Origin: an uncultured Chloroflexia bacterium
GTDB lineage: Bacteria; Chloroflexota; Chloroflexia; Thermomicrobiales; UBA6265
Reading direction: 5' to 3'
Assembly (NCBI GenBank): GCA_963724295.1
Contig: CAVRUC010000006.1
Location: forward strand, 32,001-96,000
DNA length: 64,000 nt
This document shows positions 1 through 9,980 of this stretch, in pieces; within the stretch, counting starts at the first letter, position 1; every line of letters starts with the position of its first letter. Below the pieces are notes generated by a model. It was given only the letters and a program-made list of their open reading frames with translations. It did no database searches and had not been told where the DNA came from. The translations under genes were made by a program, and so were the position numbers.

Positions 1-16
1 TGCATTCAAGCGAGCC

Positions 17-1159
17 TTGGAAGTCTTCCAGGCCATGGACCACCATTGCCTAATTGCATTCACACTCCTCACCGCAATGCGGGATGTGGCGATGAGCTAT
101 GTCGCCGCCGATCCTCGCCTCCGGCACCAGATGGCGGCCGAAGCTGAAGCGGCCCTCGGCCGGGCCGGTGGCGCTCTTGACCCGAATGTATCGCCCCGCC
201 TGGCTGGTCTCGGGTGTCTGGTCCTCGATGGGCAATGGGAGGAAGCGCTCACGGTTCTGCGTGAATTACCACTCCCTGGCAACGCATATCTGCGGCGAGA
301 GTTCACCAACGCGCGGGTGATGCTCTCCCGCCATCAAGGGGAACCGGAGATTGCCTGGCAGGAGATCTCCGGGCTGTTTCCTGACGGAGCCGCGACGGAG
401 CCCGGCGACCTTATCCATCAGGAGGGATTGTTCCTCCAGCGCCTCGCAGCCGATCTATGCCTCGATGCGGGCGACCTTCCGGGCGCTCATTCCTGGTTGG
501 CAGCGCACGATGGCTGGCTCGCCTGGAGCGGCAGTGTCCTTGGTCGGGCCGATGGTACTCTCGGCTGGGCGCGCTATCACCGGGCCGCGGACGATGGCGA
601 CAGCGCGCGAGCACGTGCATCCGAAGCCCTCACGCTCTCCAGTGAACCGGATCAACCATTGGTTCGCCTGGCCGCCCACCGGCTCCTTGGCGAGATCGAA
701 ACCGCGACCGGTAATCTCCTGGACGCCGAGCCCCATCTGACCGCCGCTCTCGACCTGGCCGACGCATGCGAGGTGCCCTTCGAACGGGCGCTGACGCTTC
801 TTGCCATCGCAGAGCTCCACGCGGCGCAAGGCGATACTCCTGAGGCGGCTGCTCTTCTGGACGACGTCCGTCACCTGTGCACCTCGCTGGGAGCGGCACC
901 GGCACTCGCCCGTGCCGCCGTACTGGCGGCCTGTCTGTCCGCAAAGCCGCCTGGTGTGCGTTACCCCTCCGGTCTCACGCAGCGGGAGGTGGAGGTCTTG
1001 CGCTTGATAGCGCGACGACAGACCGATAAGGAGATCGCCGAGGCGCTCTTCCTCGGGCCCCGTACGGTGCAGTCCCACGTTGCCCACATACTCAACAAGC
1101 TCGACGTCGCGAATCGGCGCGAGGCGGCGGCGCAGGCCGAGAGCCTCGGTCTGGTCTGA
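17..1159 (+). CDS. LuxR-family HTH transcriptional regulator (C-terminal part of a large TPR/LuxR protein; 5' end probably outside window)
   Basis: C-terminal 'GLTQREVEVLRLIARRQTDKEIAEALFLGPRTVQSHVAHILNKL' is a LuxR HTH; Ala/Leu-rich helical repeats precede it. Confidence 0.85.
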   Translation: MEVFQAMDHHCLIAFTLLTAMRDVAMSYVAADPRLRHQMAAEAEAALGRAGGALDPNVSPRLAGLGCLVLDGQWEEALTVLRELPLPGNAYLRREFTNARVMLSRHQGEPEIAWQEISGLFPDGAATEPGDLIHQEGLFLQRLAADLCLDAGDLPGAHSWLAAHDGWLAWSGSVLGRADGTLGWARYHRAADDGDSARARASEALTLSSEPDQPLVRLAAHRLLGEIETATGNLLDAEPHLTAALDLADACEVPFERALTLLAIAELHAAQGDTPEAAALLDDVRHLCTSLGAAPALARAAVLAACLSAKPPGVRYPSGLTQREVEVLRLIARRQTDKEIAEALFLGPRTVQSHVAHILNKLDVANRREAAAQAESLGLV

Positions 1160-1329
1160 GTAGGATCAGTCGGCACCGTAAGAATTACGGAGATGGCGGC
1201 TCGTCCTCTCGCGCCAGAAATCCGTAATCCGGCGGATGTGCACCGCGGGAGGATGATGCATCCTAGGACCAGCCCCGGAAGCACCCGGGGTGAACACGCG
1301 TCCTAAGCGATGGAGCAAGGAGGCACACC

Positions 1330-2733
1330 ATGGCAACGATGACCGTCGAGAGCGCCCCGATCCTTGATGAAACAGCCGTCCAGGGACTGGCCGCCGCCAT
1401 GCGCGGCAATCTCATTCAGCGCGGTGATCCCGGATACGACGAGGCACGAACGATCTACAACGCGATGATCGACAAGCACCCGGCTCTCATCGCCCAGTGC
1501 GCCAACGTCGCCGACGTCATTGCCGCGGTCAACTTCGCGCGTGATAACGACATCATCGTGGCCGTCCGCGGCGGTGGGCACAACGGTCCGGGACTTAGCC
1601 TCGTCGATGATGGCTTGGTGATCGATCTGTCAGCGATGAACGGGGTGCGGGTCGATCCGGTCAATCGCACTGCCCGCGTCGAAGGGGGCGCGCTTCTGGG
1701 CGACCTACACCATGCCACCAATGCCTTCGAGCTGGCAACACCTTCCGGCATCATCTCCACCACGGGGGTCGGGGGGATCACCCTCGGCGGAGGACTGGGT
1801 CATCTCACGCGGCAAATGGGGTTGGCCATCGACAACCTGCTCGAGGCCGACGTCGTGCTGGCCGACGGTAGCTTCGTCACGGCGAACGAGAAGGAAAATC
1901 CCGATCTCTTCTGGGCGCTGCGCGGCGGCGGCGGCAACTTCGGCGTCGTGACCTCGTTTCTCTTCAAACTGCACCCGATCCCCAACCTCACCGCTGGGCC
2001 GATGCTCTGGCCGCTGGACCGTTCAGCCGAGGTGCTGCGCTGGTACCGCGACTTCATCGTGCAGGCGCCAGACGAGCTCAACGGCTTCTTCGCCTTCCTC
2101 ACGGTTCCAGCCGTGGCCCCCTTCCCCGAGGAGCTATGGAACCAGAAGATGTGCGGCGTGGTCTGGGCTTATACCGGGGAGACGCCCGAGGAGGTACTTG
2201 CGCCGATTCGTGCCGAGTTCGGACCTCCCGCGCTCGACTGGGTTGGACCGATCTCCCACCCGGCGCTCAATAGCATGTTCGACGGGATCTATCCGGCGGG
2301 CGACCAATGGTATTGGAAGGCGGACTTCGTCACGGAGATCCCGGACGAGGCAGTCGACATCCATGTCCAGTACGCCGCGGAACTGCCGACTGGAAAGTCG
2401 ACGATGCATCTCTACCCGATCGACGGTGTTGCGAGCCGGGTGGCCAAAGACGCCACCGCCTGGAACTACCGGGACGCCAAGTGGGGCATGGTCATGGTCG
2501 GGGTCAGCCCCGACCCGGCCGACAACTCGCACATGATCGAGTGGACGCGATCGTATTGGAACGACCTGCACCCCTACTCCGCCGGTGGCGCCTACGTGAA
2601 CATGATGATGGAGGAGGGGCAAGACCGAGTGCGCGCCTCCTATGGCGACCACTACGACCGGCTGGCGCAGATCAAGGCCAAGTACGACCCGAACAATCTC
2701 TTCCGTGTCAATCAGAACATCACCCCGGCGTAG
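1330..2733 (+). CDS. FAD-binding oxidoreductase (VAO/berberine-bridge-enzyme family)
   Basis: 'VRGGGHN' FAD motif, 'WALRGGGGNFGVVT', C-terminal 'KAKYDPNNLFRVNQNI'; RBS AAGGAGG upstream. Confidence 0.92.
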   Translation: MATMTVESAPILDETAVQGLAAAMRGNLIQRGDPGYDEARTIYNAMIDKHPALIAQCANVADVIAAVNFARDNDIIVAVRGGGHNGPGLSLVDDGLVIDLSAMNGVRVDPVNRTARVEGGALLGDLHHATNAFELATPSGIISTTGVGGITLGGGLGHLTRQMGLAIDNLLEADVVLADGSFVTANEKENPDLFWALRGGGGNFGVVTSFLFKLHPIPNLTAGPMLWPLDRSAEVLRWYRDFIVQAPDELNGFFAFLTVPAVAPFPEELWNQKMCGVVWAYTGETPEEVLAPIRAEFGPPALDWVGPISHPALNSMFDGIYPAGDQWYWKADFVTEIPDEAVDIHVQYAAELPTGKSTMHLYPIDGVASRVAKDATAWNYRDAKWGMVMVGVSPDPADNSHMIEWTRSYWNDLHPYSAGGAYVNMMMEEGQDRVRASYGDHYDRLAQIKAKYDPNNLFRVNQNITPA

Positions 2734-2814
2734 GCACACGCACGCCGCGGCGAGACGGGCTGGAGTAGAACTCCAGCCCGTCTCCCTGTTGACTGGCCCG
2801 CAACCAAACCCGGC

Positions 2815-3876
2815 TCACCCGCGTCCTTCCCGACCCGACGCTCCATAGCCGACGTCGACCGCGCCGGGGAGATCGGTCTTGAAGACCCGGTAGAGGAACC
2901 AGAGCGACGGGATGAGGAAGAGCGCGCCGATACCGAAGATGACGAGGGCGGCACGCATCATCGCCGGCGAGGCGGCGGCGTTCTCGAAGGTCAGATCCGG
3001 TACCACCAGATAGGGATACTGCGCCAGCGCCCACCCCGCCAGGAGTAACGCGACCTCGGCGGCGGCGGCCATCCGGGCCAGCCGATAGCGGCGCGCGAAG
3101 ACCGCCCACCCGGAGAGGAGGGCGAGGCCGATGCCCAGCGGCACCGCGACCACAGCGGCGCGGCTGGTGAGACCGTGCCAGATCCAGGGAGCGCCGCCGC
3201 GGGCCAGGATCAGCGCCAGCGCCGCCAGCACGGCAAATACGGCACCCGCCCCGAGGGCGCGGCGCCGGAAATCCTCTTGCAACTCATCCGTGGTCTCCAA
3301 GGTCAGATAGACGGCGGCGAGATAGGCGCAGGTGGCGAGAGCGAGGAGTCCGATCGCCAGGGGAAAGGGCGCCAGCCAGGTGCGCCAGGGGTCGCTGACC
3401 GGCAGCCCGTTGACGAGCCGGATCTGCCCCGAGGCGACCGCCCCCGCGCACATGCCGAAGAAGATCGGGGTGACGGTGCTGGCGACGGCGAAGACCCGAT
3501 CCCAGACCCCGGCGCCGGTGGCGACGTTACGGGCCGGGGTGCGGAAGATGAAAGCCGCCCCGCGAAAGACGATCCCCAGCAGCGCCAGCGAGAGCGGGAT
3601 GTAGAGGGCGATGCTCAGCGCGGCGAAAACGGGCGGGAAGACGGTGAAGACGAGCACGATCACAAAGATCAGCCAGACGTGATTTGCCTCCCAGATGGGG
3701 CCGATGGCATGGGCAATCACCTTGCGCTGCTCATCCGCGCGCGGACCTCCGGCTAGCAGGTCCCAGATGCCGCCGCCGAAGTCGGCGCCGCCCAGCAGCG
3801 CGTAGAGCAGGACGCCGAGGAGCAGGATGGCGCCGTTGAGAAAGGCGAGCTGGTTCTGCGGGTCAGGCCACGGCAT
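2815..3876 (-). CDS. cydB: cytochrome bd ubiquinol oxidase subunit II
   Basis: 'GGADFGGGIWDL', 'IGPIWEANHVWLIF'; ATG at 3876 overlaps the end of cydA. Confidence 0.9.
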   Translation of the reverse strand: MPWPDPQNQLAFLNGAILLLGVLLYALLGGADFGGGIWDLLAGGPRADEQRKVIAHAIGPIWEANHVWLIFVIVLVFTVFPPVFAALSIALYIPLSLALLGIVFRGAAFIFRTPARNVATGAGVWDRVFAVASTVTPIFFGMCAGAVASGQIRLVNGLPVSDPWRTWLAPFPLAIGLLALATCAYLAAVYLTLETTDELQEDFRRRALGAGAVFAVLAALALILARGGAPWIWHGLTSRAAVVAVPLGIGLALLSGWAVFARRYRLARMAAAAEVALLLAGWALAQYPYLVVPDLTFENAAASPAMMRAALVIFGIGALFLIPSLWFLYRVFKTDLPGAVDVGYGASGREGRG

Positions 3877-5250
3877 GGCGGGCGTCCTCGTCTGATCGTG
3901 ATGGCTCAGGTAGCGGTGGTCCGGGCGGTGGCGCCAGCTCCGGCAGCGGCTGCCGTCCGAGGCGAACGAGAAGCCAGACGAGCGTGGCGGCGAGGATGAC
4001 GTAGACGAGGGTGAAGCCGCCGAGGGCCACGAACTGACCGGGAACGGGGGTGACGGCCTCACTGGTGCGCATGATCTCGTAGATGATCCAGGGTTGGCGA
4101 CCGACTTCGGTGACGACCCACCCGGCCTCGATGGCGACGAACCCCAGCGGAGCGGCGAAGACGAGGGCCCGCAGCAGCCAGGGACCGGGGAACGCTCCGC
4201 AGCAGGACGATGCCGCCGATTGCGCCAGGCGGCGATCCAGTACCAGGCGACCAGACCGACCACGGCGAAGCCGATGCCGACCATGATCTGGAAGGCGACG
4301 TGGACGACGCGCGGGTCGGGCTGGTCCGCACGCGGCCACTCGTCCAGCCCGCGCACGACCGCGTTGGGATCGTGGTAGGCGAGGAGGCTGAGGAGACGCG
4401 GAATGCGGATGGCGTAGCGCGTCTGCCGCACCTCGACGTCCGGCCAGCCACCGATGCTCAATCCGGCGCCGGCCTCGGTTTGAAACTGCCCCTCCAGCGC
4501 GGCCAGCTTCGCCGGCTGGTTTTCGGCCACCCAGCGCGCGCTGATATCGCCGCTGATCGGTTGCAGCGGGGCGAAGACTGCGGCCAGGGCGATGGCGATC
4601 GTCAGCCCGGCGCGGTGATAGGCATCGTTGCGGCCGCGCAACATCCCCCAGGCGTAGATCCCGGCTACGGCGAGACCGGTGGCGATGTAGGCAGCCAGGA
4701 CCATATGCAGCGACTGCTGGAACCAGGCGCTATTGAACATGGCGGCGATTGGGTCGACGTCGACTACCTGGCCATCGACGATGCGGAACCCGGCGGGGCC
4801 GTTCATCCAGGCATTGGCGGAGATGACGAAGATGGCCGAGGCCGTACCGCTGATGGCGATTGGGAACGCCGTCAACCAGTGGGCGCGGGGCGAGAGGCGA
4901 TCCCAGCCGTAGAGATAGAGCCCGAGGAAGATGGCTTCGATGAAGAAGGCGAACCCCTCCGCCGAGAAGGGGAGACCGATGATGCCGCCGGCATAGCGCA
5001 TGAAGATCGGCCAGAGCAGTCCCAGCTCGAAGGAGAGGATCGTGCCGGAGACCGCACCGACGGCGAAGAGGATGGCGAATCCTTTGGACCAGCGGCGGAC
5101 GAGGGTGAGATAGACCTGGTTGCCGGTCCTCAGCCAAAGCCCCTCGGTGATGAGAAGGAGGACGGGCAGACCCATGCCGAGCACGGCGAAGACGATGTGG
5201 AAAGCGAGGGAAGTGCCCATCTGGGCGCGCGCGGCGAAAAGTTCGGTCAA
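3863..5250 (-). CDS. cydA: cytochrome bd ubiquinol oxidase subunit I (frameshift near 4200)
   Basis: 'SLAFHIVF', 'FAVGAVSGTILSFELG', 'QPAKLAALEG'; the C-terminal 'EAGWVVTEVGRQPWII' lies in another frame (ORF 3863..4339). Confidence 0.88.
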
Positions 5251-5593
5251 TCGGCACTCCCGACCCGGAAGTCTGCAAATGCGCCGCCTGCGTCCGGGTC
5301 ACGTCGGGTGAAGGATACGAGCCTGACGCCGCGCGAGCCGCTAATTATGTCCCGATCTGAGACTGGTCCGCGGTCAGGCGCAAGCGATCTTGATCCACAT
5401 GCAAACCAACGTCGCCGGACCGATTTCGTGCTCAGTGGCGCGCCGTTCCAGTTCCTCGCGGTCCTGCTGCGCGTGCAGAGATCGGGCACCTTCCCTCGCC
5501 TATTCCTGGCATCTCCAGAACCGGGGACGGCGGTAAGATGCTGTGGACCGGCCGTCTGTCGGGCGGCCATCAGCCAGCAAAAGGAGGTCAGCC

Positions 5594-6151
5594 ATGCGTC
5601 GCGCTACGCTCGTCGTCTCGATCCTTGCTCTCGTGCTGCTAGGCCTTCTTGCCGCGAACCGCTCGCCGGCCACAAGCGCCCAGGACGCCACCCCGATGGC
5701 GGGACAGGAGTTCGTCGGCTCCTGGCGCCTGACCGTAGCCGAAGCTCAGGCACCGCCATTCCTCGCCCTCGGCACGTTCGGAGCCGACGGCACGGTGGTG
5801 GTCTCGCCCCCACCCGTGGTGCCTCCCTCGCCGCACGGGCCCGCCACGGTGGTCCACACCAGCGCGGGGCATGGGGCATGGGATGCGACCGGCGCGGACA
5901 CCGCGATCGTCACCTTCGTGCTCCTGGCAGCCGACGAGCAGGGCAATCTCTTCGCCACTCGGACCATTCGCGCCAGCCTAACGCTCGGCGCCGACGGCCA
6001 GAGCTTGAGCGGGGTGTTCGAGGCGACCGTCGCCGACCCGGCGGAAAACGTGATGGCGATCGATTCGGGGGTGATCCAGGCCACCCGCATCATCGCCGAG
6101 GCACCGGGAACGCAGGACGCAACGCCGGTAGCTGGCACTCCGGCGGCGTAG
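5594..6151 (+). CDS. secreted hypothetical protein (beta-rich)
   Basis: RBS AAGGAGG, signal peptide 'MRRATLVVSILALVLLGLLAA', ATPxA motifs at both ends. Confidence 0.75.
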   Translation: MRRATLVVSILALVLLGLLAANRSPATSAQDATPMAGQEFVGSWRLTVAEAQAPPFLALGTFGADGTVVVSPPPVVPPSPHGPATVVHTSAGHGAWDATGADTAIVTFVLLAADEQGNLFATRTIRASLTLGADGQSLSGVFEATVADPAENVMAIDSGVIQATRIIAEAPGTQDATPVAGTPAA

Positions 6152-6169
6152 CGGCCGCTTTGGCCAGAC

Positions 6170-6280
6170 TGGTGATGAACAAGGGTGATAGGGTGATTAC
6201 TCGCTGCGCTCGTGGTGATGGGGTGATAGGAGACGCCCTCCCGTTCTCCCTATCACCCCGTCACCCCGTGACCCCCACAG
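6170..6280. repeat. REP-like family B (GGGTGATA-rich imperfect palindrome)
   Basis: 34-nt GGTGATAGGGTGATTACTCGCTGCGCTCGTGGTG at 6184-6217 is identical at 37948-37981; complementary TCACCCC arm follows. Confidence 0.75.
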
Positions 6281-7828
6281 GTCGCGGGCGATCTTCTCGG
6301 CGCCGACGAAGGTGGGGAGATTCGTGTTGGCCAGGGTGACGAAGGGCATGATCGCGGCATCGGCGACGAGGGCGCCTTCCAGCCCGTGCACGTGCCCGGA
6401 GGCATCGACGACGGACGCAGGGTCGCTGGCTGGTCCCATGCGGCAGGTGCCGGCCGGGTGATAGTCGTGCGACGCGTGGCCGAGGATCCAGTCTCGGATC
6501 TCCGCTCGTGAGTTGATCGAGGGACCGGGTCTCAGCTCGTCGCCCAGCAGCGACGCCAGCGCCGGTTGGGCACCGAGATCGCGGCAGAGCGAGAGGGCAT
6601 CGGCGAGGGCGTCCAGATCGTATTCCTCGGGGTCGGAGAAATAGTTCGTGTCGATGACCGGCGGCGCTTTGGGATCGGTGGGAGCGGTCGGGTTGAGGCA
6701 AATCGTGCCGCGCGAGCGCGGCGCCATTACCGCGGCGGAGATGTGGAAGCGCCAGCCTTTGCCGCCGAACGGGCGGGAAGCGACGGGGTAGAGGTGGAGA
6801 TCGTACGGTCCCTGGCAGCGGCTCGAGCGAGCGAGACCGATGGTGCCCTCTTCCCGTGGTAGCCCGCCGGCGGCGATGAACGCCTCCAGCGAGGCGACGG
6901 TCTCCGGCAGACCCGAGTAGTGCACCCCGATGGCCGGGTGGTCCTGGAGATTGCGACCGATTCCCGGCAGGTCATGGTGGGGAGCAATCCCCAGCGCTCG
7001 CAGCGCGTCCGCGGCGCCGATCCCGGAACGGAGCAGGATCAGCGGCGAGCCGTACGCGCCCGCGGTGAGGATGACTCTGCCGGCGGCGATTTGGGATGAG
7101 CCCACGGGACCGACGACGTCCAATCCGGTGACTCGCGTCCCGTCCAGCGTCAGCTTGTCGGCGAGGGTATCAGGGACGATGCGCAGGTTCGGCAGATGGC
7201 GCAGCGGGTCGAGGTAGGCGAACGCGGCGTTCCAGCGGAACTTCGTAATGGGATCGATGTTGACGGGCCCGATGGCGAAGCCGAACTCGGGATCGAGACT
7301 GGAGAGATCGCGGATGAAGGGATATCCGGCATCCGCCGCGGCGTCGAGGACGGCTAGATGAAAGGGAGTCAGCTCCTCCCGCGGTGGGGTATGGACCCGC
7401 AACCGGTCGTTGATCTCCCGGAAGAGCGGCTCCACCTCGGTCGCGCTCCAGCCAGGGTTCGCGACGGCCCAGGCATCGTAATCAGACCGGTGCCCCCAGA
7501 CAGCGGCGCAGCCATTGTGCGAGGAGCACCCTCCCATCACCCGTGCTCGTTGCAACGCCATGTCCGGCGTCCCGTAGCGGCAGGCGGAGGTGTATTCCCA
7601 GGAGACCTCCTCGACCGGCATCAGCGTCGGATCGAGCAATCGCTCCGGCCAGGCTCCGCTCGAGGGCGGGCCGTAGTCCGGCCCCGCCTCGAGCAGCAGC
7701 ACTTCCTCGCCCGCCTCGGCCAGCCGCGCCGCAATGACGGCTCCCGCCGGTCCCGCCCCGACCACGACCGTACCCGCACGAGAGTCGGAAGTCGGAAGTC
7801 GGAAGTCGGAAGATTTTCTCTCTGTCAC
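6197..7828 (-). CDS. GMC family oxidoreductase (choline dehydrogenase-like)
   Basis: 'VVVGAGPAGAVIAARL', 'GGCSSHNG', 'GRNLQDHP', 'YHPAGTCRMG'; probable GTG start at 7828 (start uncertain). Confidence 0.88.
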   Translation of the reverse strand: MTERKSSDFRLPTSDSRAGTVVVGAGPAGAVIAARLAEAGEEVLLLEAGPDYGPPSSGAWPERLLDPTLMPVEEVSWEYTSACRYGTPDMALQRARVMGGCSSHNGCAAVWGHRSDYDAWAVANPGWSATEVEPLFREINDRLRVHTPPREELTPFHLAVLDAAADAGYPFIRDLSSLDPEFGFAIGPVNIDPITKFRWNAAFAYLDPLRHLPNLRIVPDTLADKLTLDGTRVTGLDVVGPVGSSQIAAGRVILTAGAYGSPLILLRSGIGAADALRALGIAPHHDLPGIGRNLQDHPAIGVHYSGLPETVASLEAFIAAGGLPREEGTIGLARSSRCQGPYDLHLYPVASRPFGGKGWRFHISAAVMAPRSRGTICLNPTAPTDPKAPPVIDTNYFSDPEEYDLDALADALSLCRDLGAQPALASLLGDELRPGPSINSRAEIRDWILGHASHDYHPAGTCRMGPASDPASVVDASGHVHGLEGALVADAAIMPFVTLANTNLPTFVGAEKIARDLWGSRGDGVIGRTGGRLLSPHHHERSE

Positions 7829-7941
7829 GCCATCACTCTCGTTCGACCCCGCCAGCGGCAACGATCCTCCGACCTCTGAATTGATGCTCGCGCCGGGATG
7901 ATACGGGCAAACGCGGGTGCCGCGGCTGTGAACCTGACGCG

Positions 7942-8694
7942 CTACGTTCGCGATGGTGCCTCGCCAAGGTAGGACGCCAGATGAGCAAGCTGCTCCTTCC
8001 AGAGCCCCTTCCAGCGGGCGACGTCCTCGGCGCTGGCGAGGCGATCTTGCTGGAGCTGAGCGGCCGCTTTGCGCGGTCCTTTGGCGACGAAGGTGACAGC
8101 GAGGCGTGTCTCGCCCGGCAGAACGTCGAAGCGCGCCGACTTGGGCGGTTGACTCGTTCGAGGGCGCAGCTCGACAGCCTCCAGCCAGCGCTCTCGCTCC
8201 TCGTGCTCGGCGAATGCCGCGAAGAGGCTCTCGACCGGGACAGCGAACGTCTTGCTGGCGTTCATCGAGAAGCCATCCGGCCGCTCGTGGAGGGCCCGCA
8301 TGCCGCGGGCGCGCTCGTAGCCAACGGTGACGCTCTGCGCCCACCAGCCCTCGATCTCATATGTCTCGGCAACGTAGCGAGCGATTTCAGTGTGGTTGTG
8401 CGTGGTTCCCTGCCAGGCATCGAGCAGGTCGAACCATTCGTCCCAGCTCTTGCCGGTGGCACGCAGGACAGCGGCATCGCTGACGCCCGGTTCGGCCGCT
8501 CGCGGCGGGAGCGCCGTTGCTGGTGTGGGCAGTGCGGCGTCATCAGGCAACGGCGCGGGGTCCGCGGCGCCGTCCGGGTTCGCTTGCTCCTGGCGGTGGA
8601 GATCGAGGAGATAGTGGCGTGCGGTGGAGTAGCGCTCGCCGGTCTTGGCCATGCGAGCGCGGACAGCCTGCTTCTGGGCTTTGTCTTTGGTCAT
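7942..8694 (-). CDS. hypothetical protein: basic N-terminal motif, 'TGKSWDEW' helical domain and SRPBCC-like C-terminus
   Basis: 'KQAVRARMAKTGERYSTAR', 'ATGKSWDEWFDLLD', 'GWWAQSVTVGYER'; RBS GTGAGGA. Confidence 0.75.
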   Translation of the reverse strand: MTKDKAQKQAVRARMAKTGERYSTARHYLLDLHRQEQANPDGAADPAPLPDDAALPTPATALPPRAAEPGVSDAAVLRATGKSWDEWFDLLDAWQGTTHNHTEIARYVAETYEIEGWWAQSVTVGYERARGMRALHERPDGFSMNASKTFAVPVESLFAAFAEHEERERWLEAVELRPRTSQPPKSARFDVLPGETRLAVTFVAKGPRKAAAQLQQDRLASAEDVARWKGLWKEQLAHLASYLGEAPSRT

Positions 8695-8887
8695 CGTCGG
8701 TTGTTCCTCACCGGCCAGCCGCCGCGGGACTCACGCTCCCGGGACCGCTAGCCCCAGCGAAGAACGACCAGACACCGGACCTCACCTGAGGCGAGACCCG
8801 AACCCGAGGCGAAGCCCCTTTGCCCCTCCGGGCCGGCGGCGTGAGCGCCGGGTGAGAGGTTCGGCGCGGGTGAGCGCCGTGGTCTGC

Positions 8888-8917
8888 ATTCTACGAACCA
8901 CGAGTGCGAACGATCAA
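8888..8917 (-). promoter_or_regulatory. sigma70-like promoter for the 8694 gene, with a long leader
   Basis: minus strand TTGATC-18 nt-TAGAAT. Confidence 0.5.
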
Positions 8918-9008
8918 GACGGCGTTCCGAGATATGACTCCCCGATATGGCCGCCGGCCCGCTATCCTTCAGCAGTCGCGGTTGGCACAAAGGTGAGAGG
9001 AGAAGACT

Positions 9009-9854
9009 ATGCGGACGCGCTCCTCGATTCGGCTCAGCGGTGGGGTGGTTGCATTGCTCGTGGTCGTTGCTCTGGTCATCGGCGGGGCAACCATCGGCCA
9101 GGCGGCGCAATCAACGCCCGAGACGACGGCTCCGATTCGGATTGTTTGGCCGGCTCCAGACGCGGAAGTCATTGGGCGAGACGTCAGCGTGAGCTGGCAG
9201 GCGCCCGGCTTGCGGATAGTTCCCGCCGCCCAAGCAGAGAACGAAACGGACTATCACGCTCACTTCATTGTCGACGGCGCGCATGAAGCCGTTGAGGGGG
9301 GGCCGATTCCACAGCAATGCGGCGTGCTGCACACCGCGGCCAACCCGGCGGTGCTCACCAACCTTCCACCCGGCGAACACACCGTTCAGCTGGTCATCGC
9401 CAACCCGGGCCATGTCCCCGTCACCGGATTGGATCGACCATCGGTCAGCTTTACGGTCGTCGAGAATCCGGACGCAATTCGCATTACCTCCCCGGAGAAC
9501 TGTGAGCAGGTCACCGGGCCGGACGTAGAGATTGCATGGGAGGCGCCGGGCCTGACCATTGTCCCCGCCGCCGAAGCCAAGGCGGAAACCGATCTCCACG
9601 CTCACTTCATCGTCGATGGCGCCTACGAGGTGGTCGCTGGGGCTCCAATTCCGGTGCAGGACGGCGTCATTCACACGGCGGCCAATCCGGTGACGATCGA
9701 GGGGCTGGCGCCGGGTGAGCACACAGTACAGCTCGTTATTGGCGATCCGGGTCACGTCCCGATCGCGGGGCTCGCGCGTCCGCAGCTGACGATCATTGTC
9801 AGCGACCAGGGCGCGGCCACACCGGAGGGAGCTGCCGTAGCCACGCCTGCCTAG
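9009..9854 (+). CDS. secreted protein with two tandem His-containing beta-sandwich (DUF4399-like) domains
   Basis: signal peptide; duplicated 'W.APGL.IVPAA.A..ETD.HAHFIVDGA...LHTAANP...L.PGEHTVQLVI..PGHVP'. Confidence 0.75.
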   Translation: MRTRSSIRLSGGVVALLVVVALVIGGATIGQAAQSTPETTAPIRIVWPAPDAEVIGRDVSVSWQAPGLRIVPAAQAENETDYHAHFIVDGAHEAVEGGPIPQQCGVLHTAANPAVLTNLPPGEHTVQLVIANPGHVPVTGLDRPSVSFTVVENPDAIRITSPENCEQVTGPDVEIAWEAPGLTIVPAAEAKAETDLHAHFIVDGAYEVVAGAPIPVQDGVIHTAANPVTIEGLAPGEHTVQLVIGDPGHVPIAGLARPQLTIIVSDQGAATPEGAAVATPA

Positions 9855-9980
9855 TTGGTCGAGGCCGCGAAGAACGGAAGATCGTCGAGCCAGCGATCGC
9901 GCTGACGCTCGTTTCGCGCCTTGCATCGCAACGAGCGAACAACAGTGGAGATGAGTGGCTCTCGCTGGATCGGATGTTTT

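Noticed and set aside
2815..5250. 811-aa natural CydA-CydB fusion
   Set aside because: The conserved CydA C-terminus (EVGRQPW) is in another frame; a single frameshift near 4200 explains the apparent fusion
4210..6339. Long ORFs on the opposite strand or frame (also 48780..50558, 50982..52907, 13709..15022)
   Set aside because: Antisense shadows of well-supported genes, expected in high-GC DNA; no motifs
6197..8344. 715-aa GMC oxidoreductase with a long N-terminal domain
   Set aside because: The first ~170 codons overlap the 7942..8694 gene; homology starts at the GxGxxG motif near 7770
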